DNA of 64,000 nt from an uncultured Gemmatimonadales bacterium. Its GTDB lineage: Bacteria; Gemmatimonadota; Gemmatimonadetes; Gemmatimonadales; GWC2-71-9. The notes under the pieces are model-generated. The model searched no databases. It had not been told where the DNA came from and worked only from the letters and a program-made list of their open reading frames with translations. The stretch is from NCBI GenBank assembly GCA_963828735.1, contig CAWHFW010000005.1, positions 1,664,001 to 1,728,000 on the forward strand, read 5' to 3'. This document shows positions 49,753 to 58,445 of this stretch, piece by piece; the stretch's first letter is position 1; each line of letters starts with the position of its first letter. Made by a program: the position numbers and the translations under genes.

Positions 49753-50339
49753 TCATGCTCAAACGCCTCGGCACGGCCGCAGCGCTCGCGCTTACCACCG
49801 CGGCGCTCGGCGCGGCCGCCCACCCGACGCCCAAGGTGGTGCTGGTGAAGCACGCCGACTTCATCCGGCAGACGCTTGTTGGCGCCAAGCAGTACTTCGT
49901 TCGCACAGTCAACATCGGCAAGAACGACCTCCAGGCGATCCGCAAGGCCAGTGACTTCACACCCGACGATCCGGACGTGCAGTTCTACCTGGGCCAGGGC
50001 GACGGCAGCGCGACGCTCGGCGTGGTGCTGTTCCAGCAGGTCGACACGCCGCACGGCCCGATCGAGGTCGGGCTCACGTTCGGACCCGACGGGGCGATTA
50101 CCCGCGCAATGGTCACCACGGCAACCGTGGAGACCAAGCCCTGGGTCCAGGAGGCGGTCGCGACCGGTCTCATGGACCACTTCACGGGCATGCGAGCTGG
50201 CGACGATCCGCGGAAGGCGCTCGGCAGTGTCCAGGCAAAGCTCGGCGGAATGCCGGAGTACATGGCCGAGCTGATCGCGACGGCCGTGGGGCGCGGGCTG
50301 GTGCTGTACTCCACGCTGTACAAGGAAAGCGCGACGTAG
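49749..50339 (+). CDS. Periplasmic RnfG/FMN-binding-domain-like protein lacking the flavinylation motif
   Basis: ATGA overlap and signal peptide. Pattern GVVLF..VDTPHGPIEVGLTFGPDGAI...HFTG, with no SGAT/TGAT. Confidence 0.5.
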   Translation: MIMLKRLGTAAALALTTAALGAAAHPTPKVVLVKHADFIRQTLVGAKQYFVRTVNIGKNDLQAIRKASDFTPDDPDVQFYLGQGDGSATLGVVLFQQVDTPHGPIEVGLTFGPDGAITRAMVTTATVETKPWVQEAVATGLMDHFTGMRAGDDPRKALGSVQAKLGGMPEYMAELIATAVGRGLVLYSTLYKESAT

Positions 50340-50350
50340 GTGCGTGGGCG

Positions 50351-51559
50351 TTACCCCGAGCGCACGCGAAGCGTCGGCGTGGTGATGTTGTCGTACACCT
50401 TCACTCTGGCGTCACCTCCCGCGACCCGAATCGCCGCAGGCGGCGCGGCTCCGTTGATGGCCTTGATCGTGTTGCCATGGATACGAACGCGACCCAGCGG
50501 GCGGGTATCCACGTCGATGCCATACTGCGTTATAGCCGCGCCATCGAGCAGAATCAGATTGTCGTAGACGTCATCCCCACCAAGCACCGCGGGCGTCGTC
50601 CACCGGATGGCCGCGCCGCCAGGGGTGGTGCGACGGATCACGTTGTCGGCAATCACGAATCGCCCTCCGCCATCGATTCGGACGGCATCCGCGCCGGACG
50701 CCACCTCCAGCATCACGTTGCCGACGATCGTGCAGTCGCTGGCCGTCCCCAGCGCGATGTGCCGGTCGCTGCCCGCGCGAATGGCGTTGACGCGGACCGT
50801 GCAGTGCCGCGTGCCGTCCCGCAGCGCGATCCCCACGCCGTCCGCATTCTCGATCGTGTTGTCCGCGACGGTGCATGACTCCGACCCGGCGAGGCTGACC
50901 CCGTGGCAGCCCAGGGTTGTCCCCGGCACCCGCCCGACATTGCGCAGGTGGTTCTGGTGGTACACCGAGTGCGCGCAGCCGGCGGAGTAGATGCCATGCT
51001 CGCCCGTTCCGTCCACCACGTTGCCCATCAGGGTGTTCCGTGAGCCGTCGTCGACAATGGCGGTGCCCGGCGCATTCAGGATGCGACAGTCGGTCACGAC
51101 GCAGTGGATGCTGCCGCCGTCGAGATGGATCGTGCCCCGCCCGCCGACGGCCTGCACGCCCGTACCCTCGATGGTCAATCCCTGGAATCGCAGGTGGCTG
51201 AAGCTGTTGCTGTCGAGCAGGCGGTCGAGCAGTGTCGTGGCGACGAGACGTGAGCCGCCGAGCCCGACGAGCTCGGTCCGGTCGCCGCGGATCCCGAGGG
51301 TAGCGCTGAAGGGGTATGTGCCCGGCGGAAGCAGCACGGTTCCCCCCACGGCCCCGGCGGCGCTGAAGGCACGCTGGAGGGCGGCCGTGTCGTCGGTCGC
51401 CCCGTCGCCCCTGGCCCCCAGGTCTCTCACGTTGAAGACCGCCGCCGACCCCTGCAGATAGTCCAGCGTTCGCGGGACCCGGAGGTCCGGAGGTTTCCGG
51501 ATGAGCTCCGACGTACCTCTCGGCTGCCTCAGCCACTCCAATCCAGCGTCCAGCTGCAA
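50351..51559 (-). CDS. Right-handed beta-helix protein (pectate lyase 3/GH28-related)
   Basis: FNVRDLGARGDGATDDTAALQRA...GGTVLLPPGTY and repeated N-I/G-I beta-helix turns. Start uncertain. Confidence 0.8.
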   Translation of the reverse strand: MQLDAGLEWLRQPRGTSELIRKPPDLRVPRTLDYLQGSAAVFNVRDLGARGDGATDDTAALQRAFSAAGAVGGTVLLPPGTYPFSATLGIRGDRTELVGLGGSRLVATTLLDRLLDSNSFSHLRFQGLTIEGTGVQAVGGRGTIHLDGGSIHCVVTDCRILNAPGTAIVDDGSRNTLMGNVVDGTGEHGIYSAGCAHSVYHQNHLRNVGRVPGTTLGCHGVSLAGSESCTVADNTIENADGVGIALRDGTRHCTVRVNAIRAGSDRHIALGTASDCTIVGNVMLEVASGADAVRIDGGGRFVIADNVIRRTTPGGAAIRWTTPAVLGGDDVYDNLILLDGAAITQYGIDVDTRPLGRVRIHGNTIKAINGAAPPAAIRVAGGDARVKVYDNITTPTLRVRSG

Positions 51560-51704
51560 CCGCTCCTGCCTTCCTATCAGTGGTCCCGGTCCGGGGGCGG
51601 GGCACGACGGACCAGTCGCAGAGGGGAAGGTCGCAATATCACGACCGGCGGGCCGGATGCCAGCCCTGGGGGCGCCAATCGGCCGAGCATGCGGGATCAT
51701 CGGG

Positions 51705-51839
51705 GTGATCCTGGACGCCCTGAAGCCCACCTACCTGGCGCTCTCGGTGGTGCTGCTGCTCGTCGCGTTGCTCGCGACCTACCTCCCCGCGCGGCGGGCG
51801 ACGCGGGTCGACCCCTCGATCACGCTGCGCGCGGAGTAG
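51705..51839 (+). pseudogene. Orphan C-terminal fragment of a MacB/FtsX (ADOP-type) ABC permease
   Basis: PTYLALSVVLLLVALLATYLPARRATRVDPSITLRAE* is the typical permease tail, and the rest of the gene is absent. Confidence 0.7.
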
Positions 51840-51935
51840 CGGCGGAGGGCGGGATGCGTTGTCGAATGGGGAGAGTCGTGTGGGCAGCGGGGCGCACAGG
51901 TGCGGCCGGGAGCCGCACCTGTGACCGCCAAGAAA

Positions 51936-52460
51936 CTAACGGCCGCTTCGGGCCGTGACCCGCTCGCCCTCGGCCGCGCGCTTCAGCGCGTCGATGTCGA
52001 TCTTCTTCATCTGGAGCATCGCTTCCATGACGCGACCCGCCTTCTCGCGATCGGGATCGGCCATCAGCTCTTCGAGGACGACCGGCACGACCTGCCAGGA
52101 CAGGCCGAACTTGTCCTTGAGCCACCCGCACTGCTGGGCCGTCACGTCGCCGCCGGCGCCGAGACGTTCCCAGTAGTAGTCCACCTCCTGCTGCGTCTCG
52201 CAGTTGATCTGGAAGGAGATGGCCTCGTTGAAGGTGAAGATCGGCCCGCCGTTGAGCGCCGTGAACGTCTGTCCCTCCAGCTCGAATTCGACGACCATGA
52301 CCGAGCCCGGCGGACGGTGGTGAACCTCCTGTCCGGCCTCACCATATCGCGAGATCCGACCGATCTTCGAATTCTTGAAGATGCTCGTGTAATACCGAGC
52401 CGCTGCTTCGGCCTGGTCGTCGAACCACAGGCATGGGGTGACTTTCTGAATGCGTGCCAT
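51936..52460 (-). CDS. VOC family protein (3-demethylubiquinone-9 3-methyltransferase-like/PhnB)
   Basis: AGGAG RBS, QKVTPCLWFD, ALNGGP, FNEAISF and CGWLKDKFGLSWQVVP. Confidence 0.92.
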   Translation of the reverse strand: MARIQKVTPCLWFDDQAEAAARYYTSIFKNSKIGRISRYGEAGQEVHHRPPGSVMVVEFELEGQTFTALNGGPIFTFNEAISFQINCETQQEVDYYWERLGAGGDVTAQQCGWLKDKFGLSWQVVPVVLEELMADPDREKAGRVMEAMLQMKKIDIDALKRAAEGERVTARSGR

Positions 52461-52739
52461 GATCAGCTCCTGTTCGGATTGGCCTCGGGTTGGCGACACC
52501 ATAGGCCGGAGGTAGGCATGGTGAGGTGATGCAAATCACCGATGCGTGCCTTCGTACCGACCGCAACTGCGAGGGTGGGTACGCTCGTGCGCACAATTGT
52601 CCCGGCGCTCTCGTCTGATCATTATGATGGTCGGATGATTACGGCCATCCCATTGCGATCCAGGGACGACTTTGTGCCGGAAACAGTTGGGCGCGGACAC
52701 CGGCCCTGCCAGTGGCGTTCGCTCGAGGTACGGCGACTG

Positions 52740-55037
52740 GTGTGGACCACGCTCGTCGCCGTGCTCGCGGTGGCGCATCCGCTGGCCGCCCAGCGCGTCG
52801 CGATTCCAAGCGGCGCATTCGGCGATTCGGCGGCGCGTGCGGCGGCGGTCCCGCGCCTGGCCGAGGCGGCGGCCGCATCCTACCAGAATCCCGACCCTGT
52901 TAGGCGGCTCGACAACCTGTTCCGGCTCCACATTCTCGCCGGCCGCTTCGACGAGGCGGCGGCGGCGCTCCGGGAGTGGCGCACTCATTGGATGGTGGCG
53001 GCGGGAGACTCCTCGCCCCGCACGCGCGCGGTCAACGCGCAGTACGAGATCTACGTGCGGTCCAAGCAGTTGCAGGCGAGCCACGGGATTCCCTCCGCCG
53101 AGGCATTCCAGCGGGCCTTCCGGGAGTGGTTCGCCCGACTCGACGATCGAACCGCGGCGCTCGTGGCGCGCGCGCTCAGCATCCCCCCGCAGCCTTTCCC
53201 GGCCGCCCCCGACTCGGTGGGGCAGGGTCCCGACTCGATGACCATGCCGGTAGCGGATGCCGTCGCGTGGCTCCGCGCCGAGCAGATCGCGGAGACGTAT
53301 CGCGACATCGACGGGCTCGCGACGCCCCTCGTGCGGGAGGACGACCAGCATCGGTACCTGATCGCCACCGACCTTCGCGTGCCAACGCCGGACGGCGCGA
53401 CGGTATGCGCCATGGTGTGGCGGCCGCGCGCGGGCCCGGCGCGTCTGCCGGCGCTGCTCCAGTTCACCATCTATGCGGATACGGTGCCCCTGATCGGCGA
53501 GTCGAGGCGAACGGCCTCGAACGGCTACGCCGCGGTCATGGGCTTCACGCGCGGCAAGGCCTGTAGCCCCGACACCCCCGTGCCGTACGTCCACGACGGC
53601 GCGGACGCCGCGGCGCTGGTCGAGTGGATCAGCCGGCAGCCGTGGAGTGACGGCCGCGTGGGCATGTACGGTGGCAGCTACTCGGGCATGACGCCGTGGG
53701 CGGCCGCGAAGCACCGGCCGCCCGCGCTCAAGGCGATCATGGTCGGCGCGCCCGTGGCGCCGGCGCTCGACGTGCCCATGGAAGGCAACGTGGTATGGAA
53801 CTTCGTCTACCCGTGGCCCTTCTATACCACCAACGTGAAGGCCCTCGACGACTCAACGTACAACGACCGTGACCGATGGAGACGGCTCGACCGCCAGTGG
53901 TACGCGAGCGGGCGCGCCTACCGCGATCTCGACCGCATCGACGGGACTCCCAATCCGATCTGGGATGAATGGCTGGCGCACCCGACGTACGACGCGTACT
54001 GGCAGGCCATGATACCCTACGGCAAGGAGTTCGCGGACATCAGGATCCCGGTGCTCCAGACGGCGGGGTACTACTATGGTGGGCCGGGCGCCGCGGTCCA
54101 CTACCTCACGCAGCACTACAAGTACAACCCGCGCGCCGAGCACTACCTGGTCATCGGTCCGTACGACCACTTCCAGGCCCAGCGCGGCGTCGTCAACGCG
54201 CTCGCCGACACCGCCACCGTCCTCTTCGGCTACGAGATCGATCCCGCCGCGAGAATCGACATCGTGGGTGACCTGCGCTATCAGTGGTTCGACCACGTGC
54301 TCAAGGGGAAACCCAGGCCGGCCCTGCTCGCGGACAAGGTGAACTACGAGGTGGTGGGAGCGAACCGCTGGAAGCACGCTCCGTCGATCGCCGGGATGTC
54401 GAATGGCACGCGGCGCTTCTACCTGAGCGCGGAGCGCGCCGATTCGGCGTATCGCCTCGCGACCGAACCTCCGTCGGGCAAGGCGAGCACCACGCTGACG
54501 GTGAACCTGGCCGACCGCTCGGACAGCGACCGGATCGTTCCGGGCGGCGGCGTGGCGGACACCGCGATCGACACCGCCAACGCGCTGGTGTTCTCCAGCG
54601 ACCCCCTGACGGCGCCGATGGAGGTGAGCGGGCTCTTCTCCGGGCACCTCGTCGTCCTCGCCAACAAGAAGGATTTCGACTTCGGCATCAGCATCTACGA
54701 GCGGAGAAAGGACGGCACCTATCTGCAGTTGCCGCCCTACCAGGCGCGGGCGAGCCATGTGGAGAGCCCCACGCACCGGAGGCTGCTCACGCCCGGCGCG
54801 CGGGCGCGCCTCGACTTCATGAGCGTGCGCCTCGCGAGCCACCTCTGCCAGGCGGGGAGCCGGTTCATCGTGGTGCTCGGCATCCTCAAGAGCCCGGGCC
54901 AGCAGATCAACTATGGGACCGGCAAGGAGGTGAGTGACGAGACCATCGCGGACGCGGGTCCGCCGCTCTCCGTCACCTGGTTCGGTGACAGCTACATCGA
55001 GCTGCCGGTCTCGCGCCCAGGGTCCGAGGCGAAATAG
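52740..55037 (+). CDS. CocE/NonD-family hydrolase (S15)
   Basis: WSDGRVGMYGGSYSG, IGPYDH and a C-terminal PepX-like domain. Start uncertain (GTG 52740 after GAGGT). Confidence 0.88.
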   Translation: MWTTLVAVLAVAHPLAAQRVAIPSGAFGDSAARAAAVPRLAEAAAASYQNPDPVRRLDNLFRLHILAGRFDEAAAALREWRTHWMVAAGDSSPRTRAVNAQYEIYVRSKQLQASHGIPSAEAFQRAFREWFARLDDRTAALVARALSIPPQPFPAAPDSVGQGPDSMTMPVADAVAWLRAEQIAETYRDIDGLATPLVREDDQHRYLIATDLRVPTPDGATVCAMVWRPRAGPARLPALLQFTIYADTVPLIGESRRTASNGYAAVMGFTRGKACSPDTPVPYVHDGADAAALVEWISRQPWSDGRVGMYGGSYSGMTPWAAAKHRPPALKAIMVGAPVAPALDVPMEGNVVWNFVYPWPFYTTNVKALDDSTYNDRDRWRRLDRQWYASGRAYRDLDRIDGTPNPIWDEWLAHPTYDAYWQAMIPYGKEFADIRIPVLQTAGYYYGGPGAAVHYLTQHYKYNPRAEHYLVIGPYDHFQAQRGVVNALADTATVLFGYEIDPAARIDIVGDLRYQWFDHVLKGKPRPALLADKVNYEVVGANRWKHAPSIAGMSNGTRRFYLSAERADSAYRLATEPPSGKASTTLTVNLADRSDSDRIVPGGGVADTAIDTANALVFSSDPLTAPMEVSGLFSGHLVVLANKKDFDFGISIYERRKDGTYLQLPPYQARASHVESPTHRRLLTPGARARLDFMSVRLASHLCQAGSRFIVVLGILKSPGQQINYGTGKEVSDETIADAGPPLSVTWFGDSYIELPVSRPGSEAK

Positions 55038-55176
55038 GTCGAGGTCACTCGAAGCGAGGAGGTGTCCGGCGTGACGCGCTGGACGGCATAGATTGCATCA
55101 TCACTGAGCTCGTGCGATGCGTCGGAGCGGCCCTTCGCGGCCACCGTGCCCGTTCCTCTCTCGAAAGGAGTCGGCG

Positions 55177-55674
55177 ATGCTCGTCAACATCACCACGTTC
55201 ACCCTGATTCACACCATCCTGAGCGTCATAGGCATCATCGCCGGGGCGGTGGTTGCCGGGGGTCTGGTGGCCGGCCGCCGGCTCGACGGCTGGACCGGTG
55301 TGTTCCTCACCACCACGGTTCTCACGAACGTGACGGCGTTCGGCTTTCCCTTCGTGAAGTTCATGCCGTCGCATGGGGTCGGGATCATCTCGCTCGTGGT
55401 TCTCCCGATCGTGATCGCGGCGCGCTACTGGAAGCATCTGGCCGGCGGCTGGGGCACCGTGTTCGTGGGCGGATCGGTGTTGGCGCTGTATTTCAACGCG
55501 TTCGTGCTCGTCGCGCAGCTCTTTCATCGCATCCCGGCGCTCATCGTGCTGGCCCCGACGCAGAGCGAGCCGCCCTTCCTAGTGACGCAGCTGCTCGTGC
55601 TCGTCCTGTTCGTGTGGCTCGGGCGAGCCGCGCTCAAGGGCTTCTCCGCGGACGCGGCGGCCCGGGCGGGATGA
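55177..55674 (+). CDS. Integral membrane hypothetical protein
   Basis: AAGGAG RBS, FTLIHTILS, TNVTAFGFP, ALYFNAFVLVAQLF and PTQSEPPF. Confidence 0.8.
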   Translation: MLVNITTFTLIHTILSVIGIIAGAVVAGGLVAGRRLDGWTGVFLTTTVLTNVTAFGFPFVKFMPSHGVGIISLVVLPIVIAARYWKHLAGGWGTVFVGGSVLALYFNAFVLVAQLFHRIPALIVLAPTQSEPPFLVTQLLVLVLFVWLGRAALKGFSADAAARAG

Positions 55675-56129
55675 CCGGTCGGGCGCTCGATCCGAAGAAT
55701 CCCGACTTCGCGGCCGTCGTGCGCGCGAGCTTCGGCCGGCAGAACTTCATGGCGACGCTCGGCGCGAGCATCGCGCACCTGTCGCCCGGCGAGGTTCACC
55801 TGCGCCTTCCCTACTCGCCGGCCTTGTGCCAGCAGAACGGGTTCCTGCACGCCGGAGCGGTCGCGAGCGTCGCCGACTCGGCCAACGGCTACGCCGCGCT
55901 CACGCTCGCGCCCGCCGACACTGACGTGCTCGCCGTCGAGTTCAAGATCAACCTCCTTTCGCCCGCGCGCGGGGAGGAGTTCCTCGCGCGCGCGCGCGTG
56001 CTCCGCGCGGGACGCACCCTGACCGTGTGCCTCGCCGACGTTGTGGCGATTGCGAGCGCCGGCGAGACGCCGATCGCGACGATGCTGTCCACCATCATCG
56101 TCCGTCCGAGGACGTCCGCGGCCGGCTGA
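55671..56129 (+). CDS. PaaI-family thioesterase
   Basis: QQNGFLHAG..AD and VEFKINLLSPA, with ATGA overlap. Confidence 0.92.
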   Translation: MTGRALDPKNPDFAAVVRASFGRQNFMATLGASIAHLSPGEVHLRLPYSPALCQQNGFLHAGAVASVADSANGYAALTLAPADTDVLAVEFKINLLSPARGEEFLARARVLRAGRTLTVCLADVVAIASAGETPIATMLSTIIVRPRTSAAG

Positions 56130-56220
56130 CCACCGGCGGCCGGAGGGCCGCCCCATCGAATCGGGAACCTCTTGCTCCTCGCGGGCCGAGGATGCACACT
56201 AGGAGCGGCGCCCGATCCGC

Positions 56221-56360
56221 GCCGAACCTCGTCGGCTCCGCCCCAGCCGGGCCCTCGCGAGGCAAAGGGGGGTACACCCTCGGATCCGTCTGCTTCGATC
56301 CTTTGGGACGCCACGGGCGTCGCCGCTGGGGGGCGTGTCGCCCGTGGCCCAACCAAAGGG
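56221..56360 (+). promoter_or_regulatory. Candidate structured cis-regulatory 5' leader
   Basis: Several stems and mutually exclusive pairings (see findings). Confidence 0.45.
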
Positions 56361-56367
56361 CCCTCCG

Positions 56368-57033
56368 ATGACCACCGATAAGGACTTCAAGCGCCTCGTT
56401 CGCGCCCGCATGCAGAAGACGGGCGGGTCGTATACCGCCGCCCGCGCGCAGCTCAAACGGGAGCCGTCTCGCTCGACCGCTGACTACGCTCGGCTCGCCG
56501 GCCGGACCGACGCGATCATCAAGGCCAGGACGGGCTGTACATGGGAGCGCTGGGTCGCCGCGCTCGATCACGCCGGCGCCCACACGTGGTCGCATCGCGA
56601 GATCGCGACCTATGTCCACGAGAAGTTCAAGATTCCCGGCTGGTGGGCCCAGGCGGTGACCGTGGGATACGAACGGATCAAGGGGCTACGAACCATCGGC
56701 CAGCGACGGAACGGCGCGTTCGAGGCTTCGAAGAGCCGCACGTTCGCCGTGCCGCTCGCGCGCCTTTACGGCGCCTTTCACGACCCGCGCATCCGCGGGC
56801 GCTGGCTTCCCGGCGTGGAGCTCATGGTTCGGAGCGCGACACGCGGGAAGTACATGCGAATCGCCTGGCCCGACCACACCTCCGTTGCCGTGGGGTTCCT
56901 GAGCAAGGGCACGGCAAAGAGCCAGGTCGCCATCGCGCACGAGAAACTGCCGGACCAGGCGTCCGCGAAACGCGCGAAGGAATACTGGTCGGAGCGGCTG
57001 GATGCGCTGAAGGAGATCCTGGCCGCGAGATAG
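56368..57033 (+). CDS. Hypothetical protein: basic N-terminal helix, DUF4287-like middle and SRPBCC-like C-terminus
   Basis: KDFKRLVRARMQKTGGSYTAARAQL, TGCTWERW..LD, WWAQAVTVGYER and HEKLPD..KEYWSERL. Confidence 0.75.
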   Translation: MTTDKDFKRLVRARMQKTGGSYTAARAQLKREPSRSTADYARLAGRTDAIIKARTGCTWERWVAALDHAGAHTWSHREIATYVHEKFKIPGWWAQAVTVGYERIKGLRTIGQRRNGAFEASKSRTFAVPLARLYGAFHDPRIRGRWLPGVELMVRSATRGKYMRIAWPDHTSVAVGFLSKGTAKSQVAIAHEKLPDQASAKRAKEYWSERLDALKEILAAR

Positions 57034-57111
57034 CGAGTATCGAGGATTCCGCCGGCGGTTGCGAGCCGGCGGGATCCCTCGCGGTGCCGTGAGCGGTACC
57101 CTCCGTGGGGT

Positions 57112-57624
57112 CTATGGTCTGGGGCGCGCGCTCGGCGCGGCCGTGAACACGCCCCTGACGGTGAGCTCCCGGTCCTCGTCCGCCGTGTTCGCGGCCTCGA
57201 ACCCGACCGCCTCCATCTCGAAGTGCCCCGCCATGAAGTCGTCGCGCGACTCGGTCACCGTGAGCGTGCCGCCGCGCGCCCGGAACACGCCGGTCGGCTG
57301 CGTGGGCGAGCCGGTCACGACCATGGCGTGGGTGACGCCTTCTCCTGCGGGCCCGATTTGGTAGACGCCGGGCTTCGGTCGTGTCCCACCGGGCTGGGTA
57401 AACAGGACCGCGCCCATGGGCGAATCGGCGCCGAGGGTCAGCACGAACGGCGCGGGATCGGCAGTGCCGGAGGCCCCGGAGCCAAACTCGGCGGCACCTC
57501 GCAGGGTGAGCAGCTTGTCTCCCGTCGTGCGGGCCTCGAACCAGGAGGGCCTCGCGGCGCCGACCGCCAGCGTCGCGGCCAGCGTGTAGAGCAGGAGGGC
57601 GGGGAGCATCGGCTTCGCGTTCAT
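57112..57624 (-). CDS. Secreted hypothetical protein
   Basis: GGAG RBS, signal peptide and GTLTVT...GHFEM...VRGVF beta pattern. Confidence 0.7.
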   Translation of the reverse strand: MNAKPMLPALLLYTLAATLAVGAARPSWFEARTTGDKLLTLRGAAEFGSGASGTADPAPFVLTLGADSPMGAVLFTQPGGTRPKPGVYQIGPAGEGVTHAMVVTGSPTQPTGVFRARGGTLTVTESRDDFMAGHFEMEAVGFEAANTADEDRELTVRGVFTAAPSARPRP

Positions 57625-57785
57625 GTGGATCTCCGAGGGTACCGGCTGCGTGGGCGTTCGTCGTCTCGTGGTGGGTATACGCAGGCGGGACGACGGGTGT
57701 CTCACGGAGGGTGGAAACCGAAAGCCGGAAGCGTCGTGGCTTCCGGCCTTGGGTGGCGCTCGATCGCGTGCTTACGGGGTGCTGC

Positions 57786-58340
57786 TCAGTCCCACTTCAC
57801 TCGATACCGGCAGACCTTCCCACCTTTCGCCCGGCACTCCTCCTCCACGATCTTCACGCCCGCGGCGCCACACATCTCGAGCGCCCGCTTGTACCACCCC
57901 ACCACGGTGAGGCAATCCGGCGCGCTGAACGTTTCCGCGTCGTAGGTGGTGAACACGCCCTCCTTCGGTCCCACCTCCGTGTACTCGCGGCGCCCAGTCT
58001 CGTAGTACAGGGAATAGAAGGAGGGTGACTTGGCCAGGAAGCCGTGGGGATCGCCCTTGGTCAGGTAGCCGCTGTGCACGCCCGACAGGTTCTTCTCCGC
58101 CGACGCGGCCCCCAACCGCTCGAAGAACGCCGGCTTCCCGCCGCCCAGGACGCGGACGATCGCGTCATCGAGCGTCTTGCCGAGCTCGAACGGGTACCAG
58201 TTGGAGGTGAACAGCATTCTCAGCGTGCGCTGGTCGCCGTCCGGAAGGGAGGCGAGGACCTGCTGGAGCCCGTCCTTGCCGAAGTTCTCCTCCGCGAAGG
58301 CGAGCCGAGACTTGAGCACGGCTCCTTTGATCTGCTGCAC
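57786..58340 (-). CDS. TIGR02265/DUF2378-like protein with V4R-type C-terminus
   Basis: IKGAVL, SNWYP and EEECRAKGGKVCRY. GGAG precedes GTG 58340. Confidence 0.7.
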   Translation of the reverse strand: MQQIKGAVLKSRLAFAEENFGKDGLQQVLASLPDGDQRTLRMLFTSNWYPFELGKTLDDAIVRVLGGGKPAFFERLGAASAEKNLSGVHSGYLTKGDPHGFLAKSPSFYSLYYETGRREYTEVGPKEGVFTTYDAETFSAPDCLTVVGWYKRALEMCGAAGVKIVEEECRAKGGKVCRYRVKWD

Positions 58341-58445
58341 GCTTGCTCCCGTTGGAAAAAGGCCTCCAACGTAGAGTTGGTTCATGGGCGCGCGCAAGCG
58401 GGGCCGTCGGTAGGTTTGGGAATCCCTTCTCCGGTGAGGCGAGCG

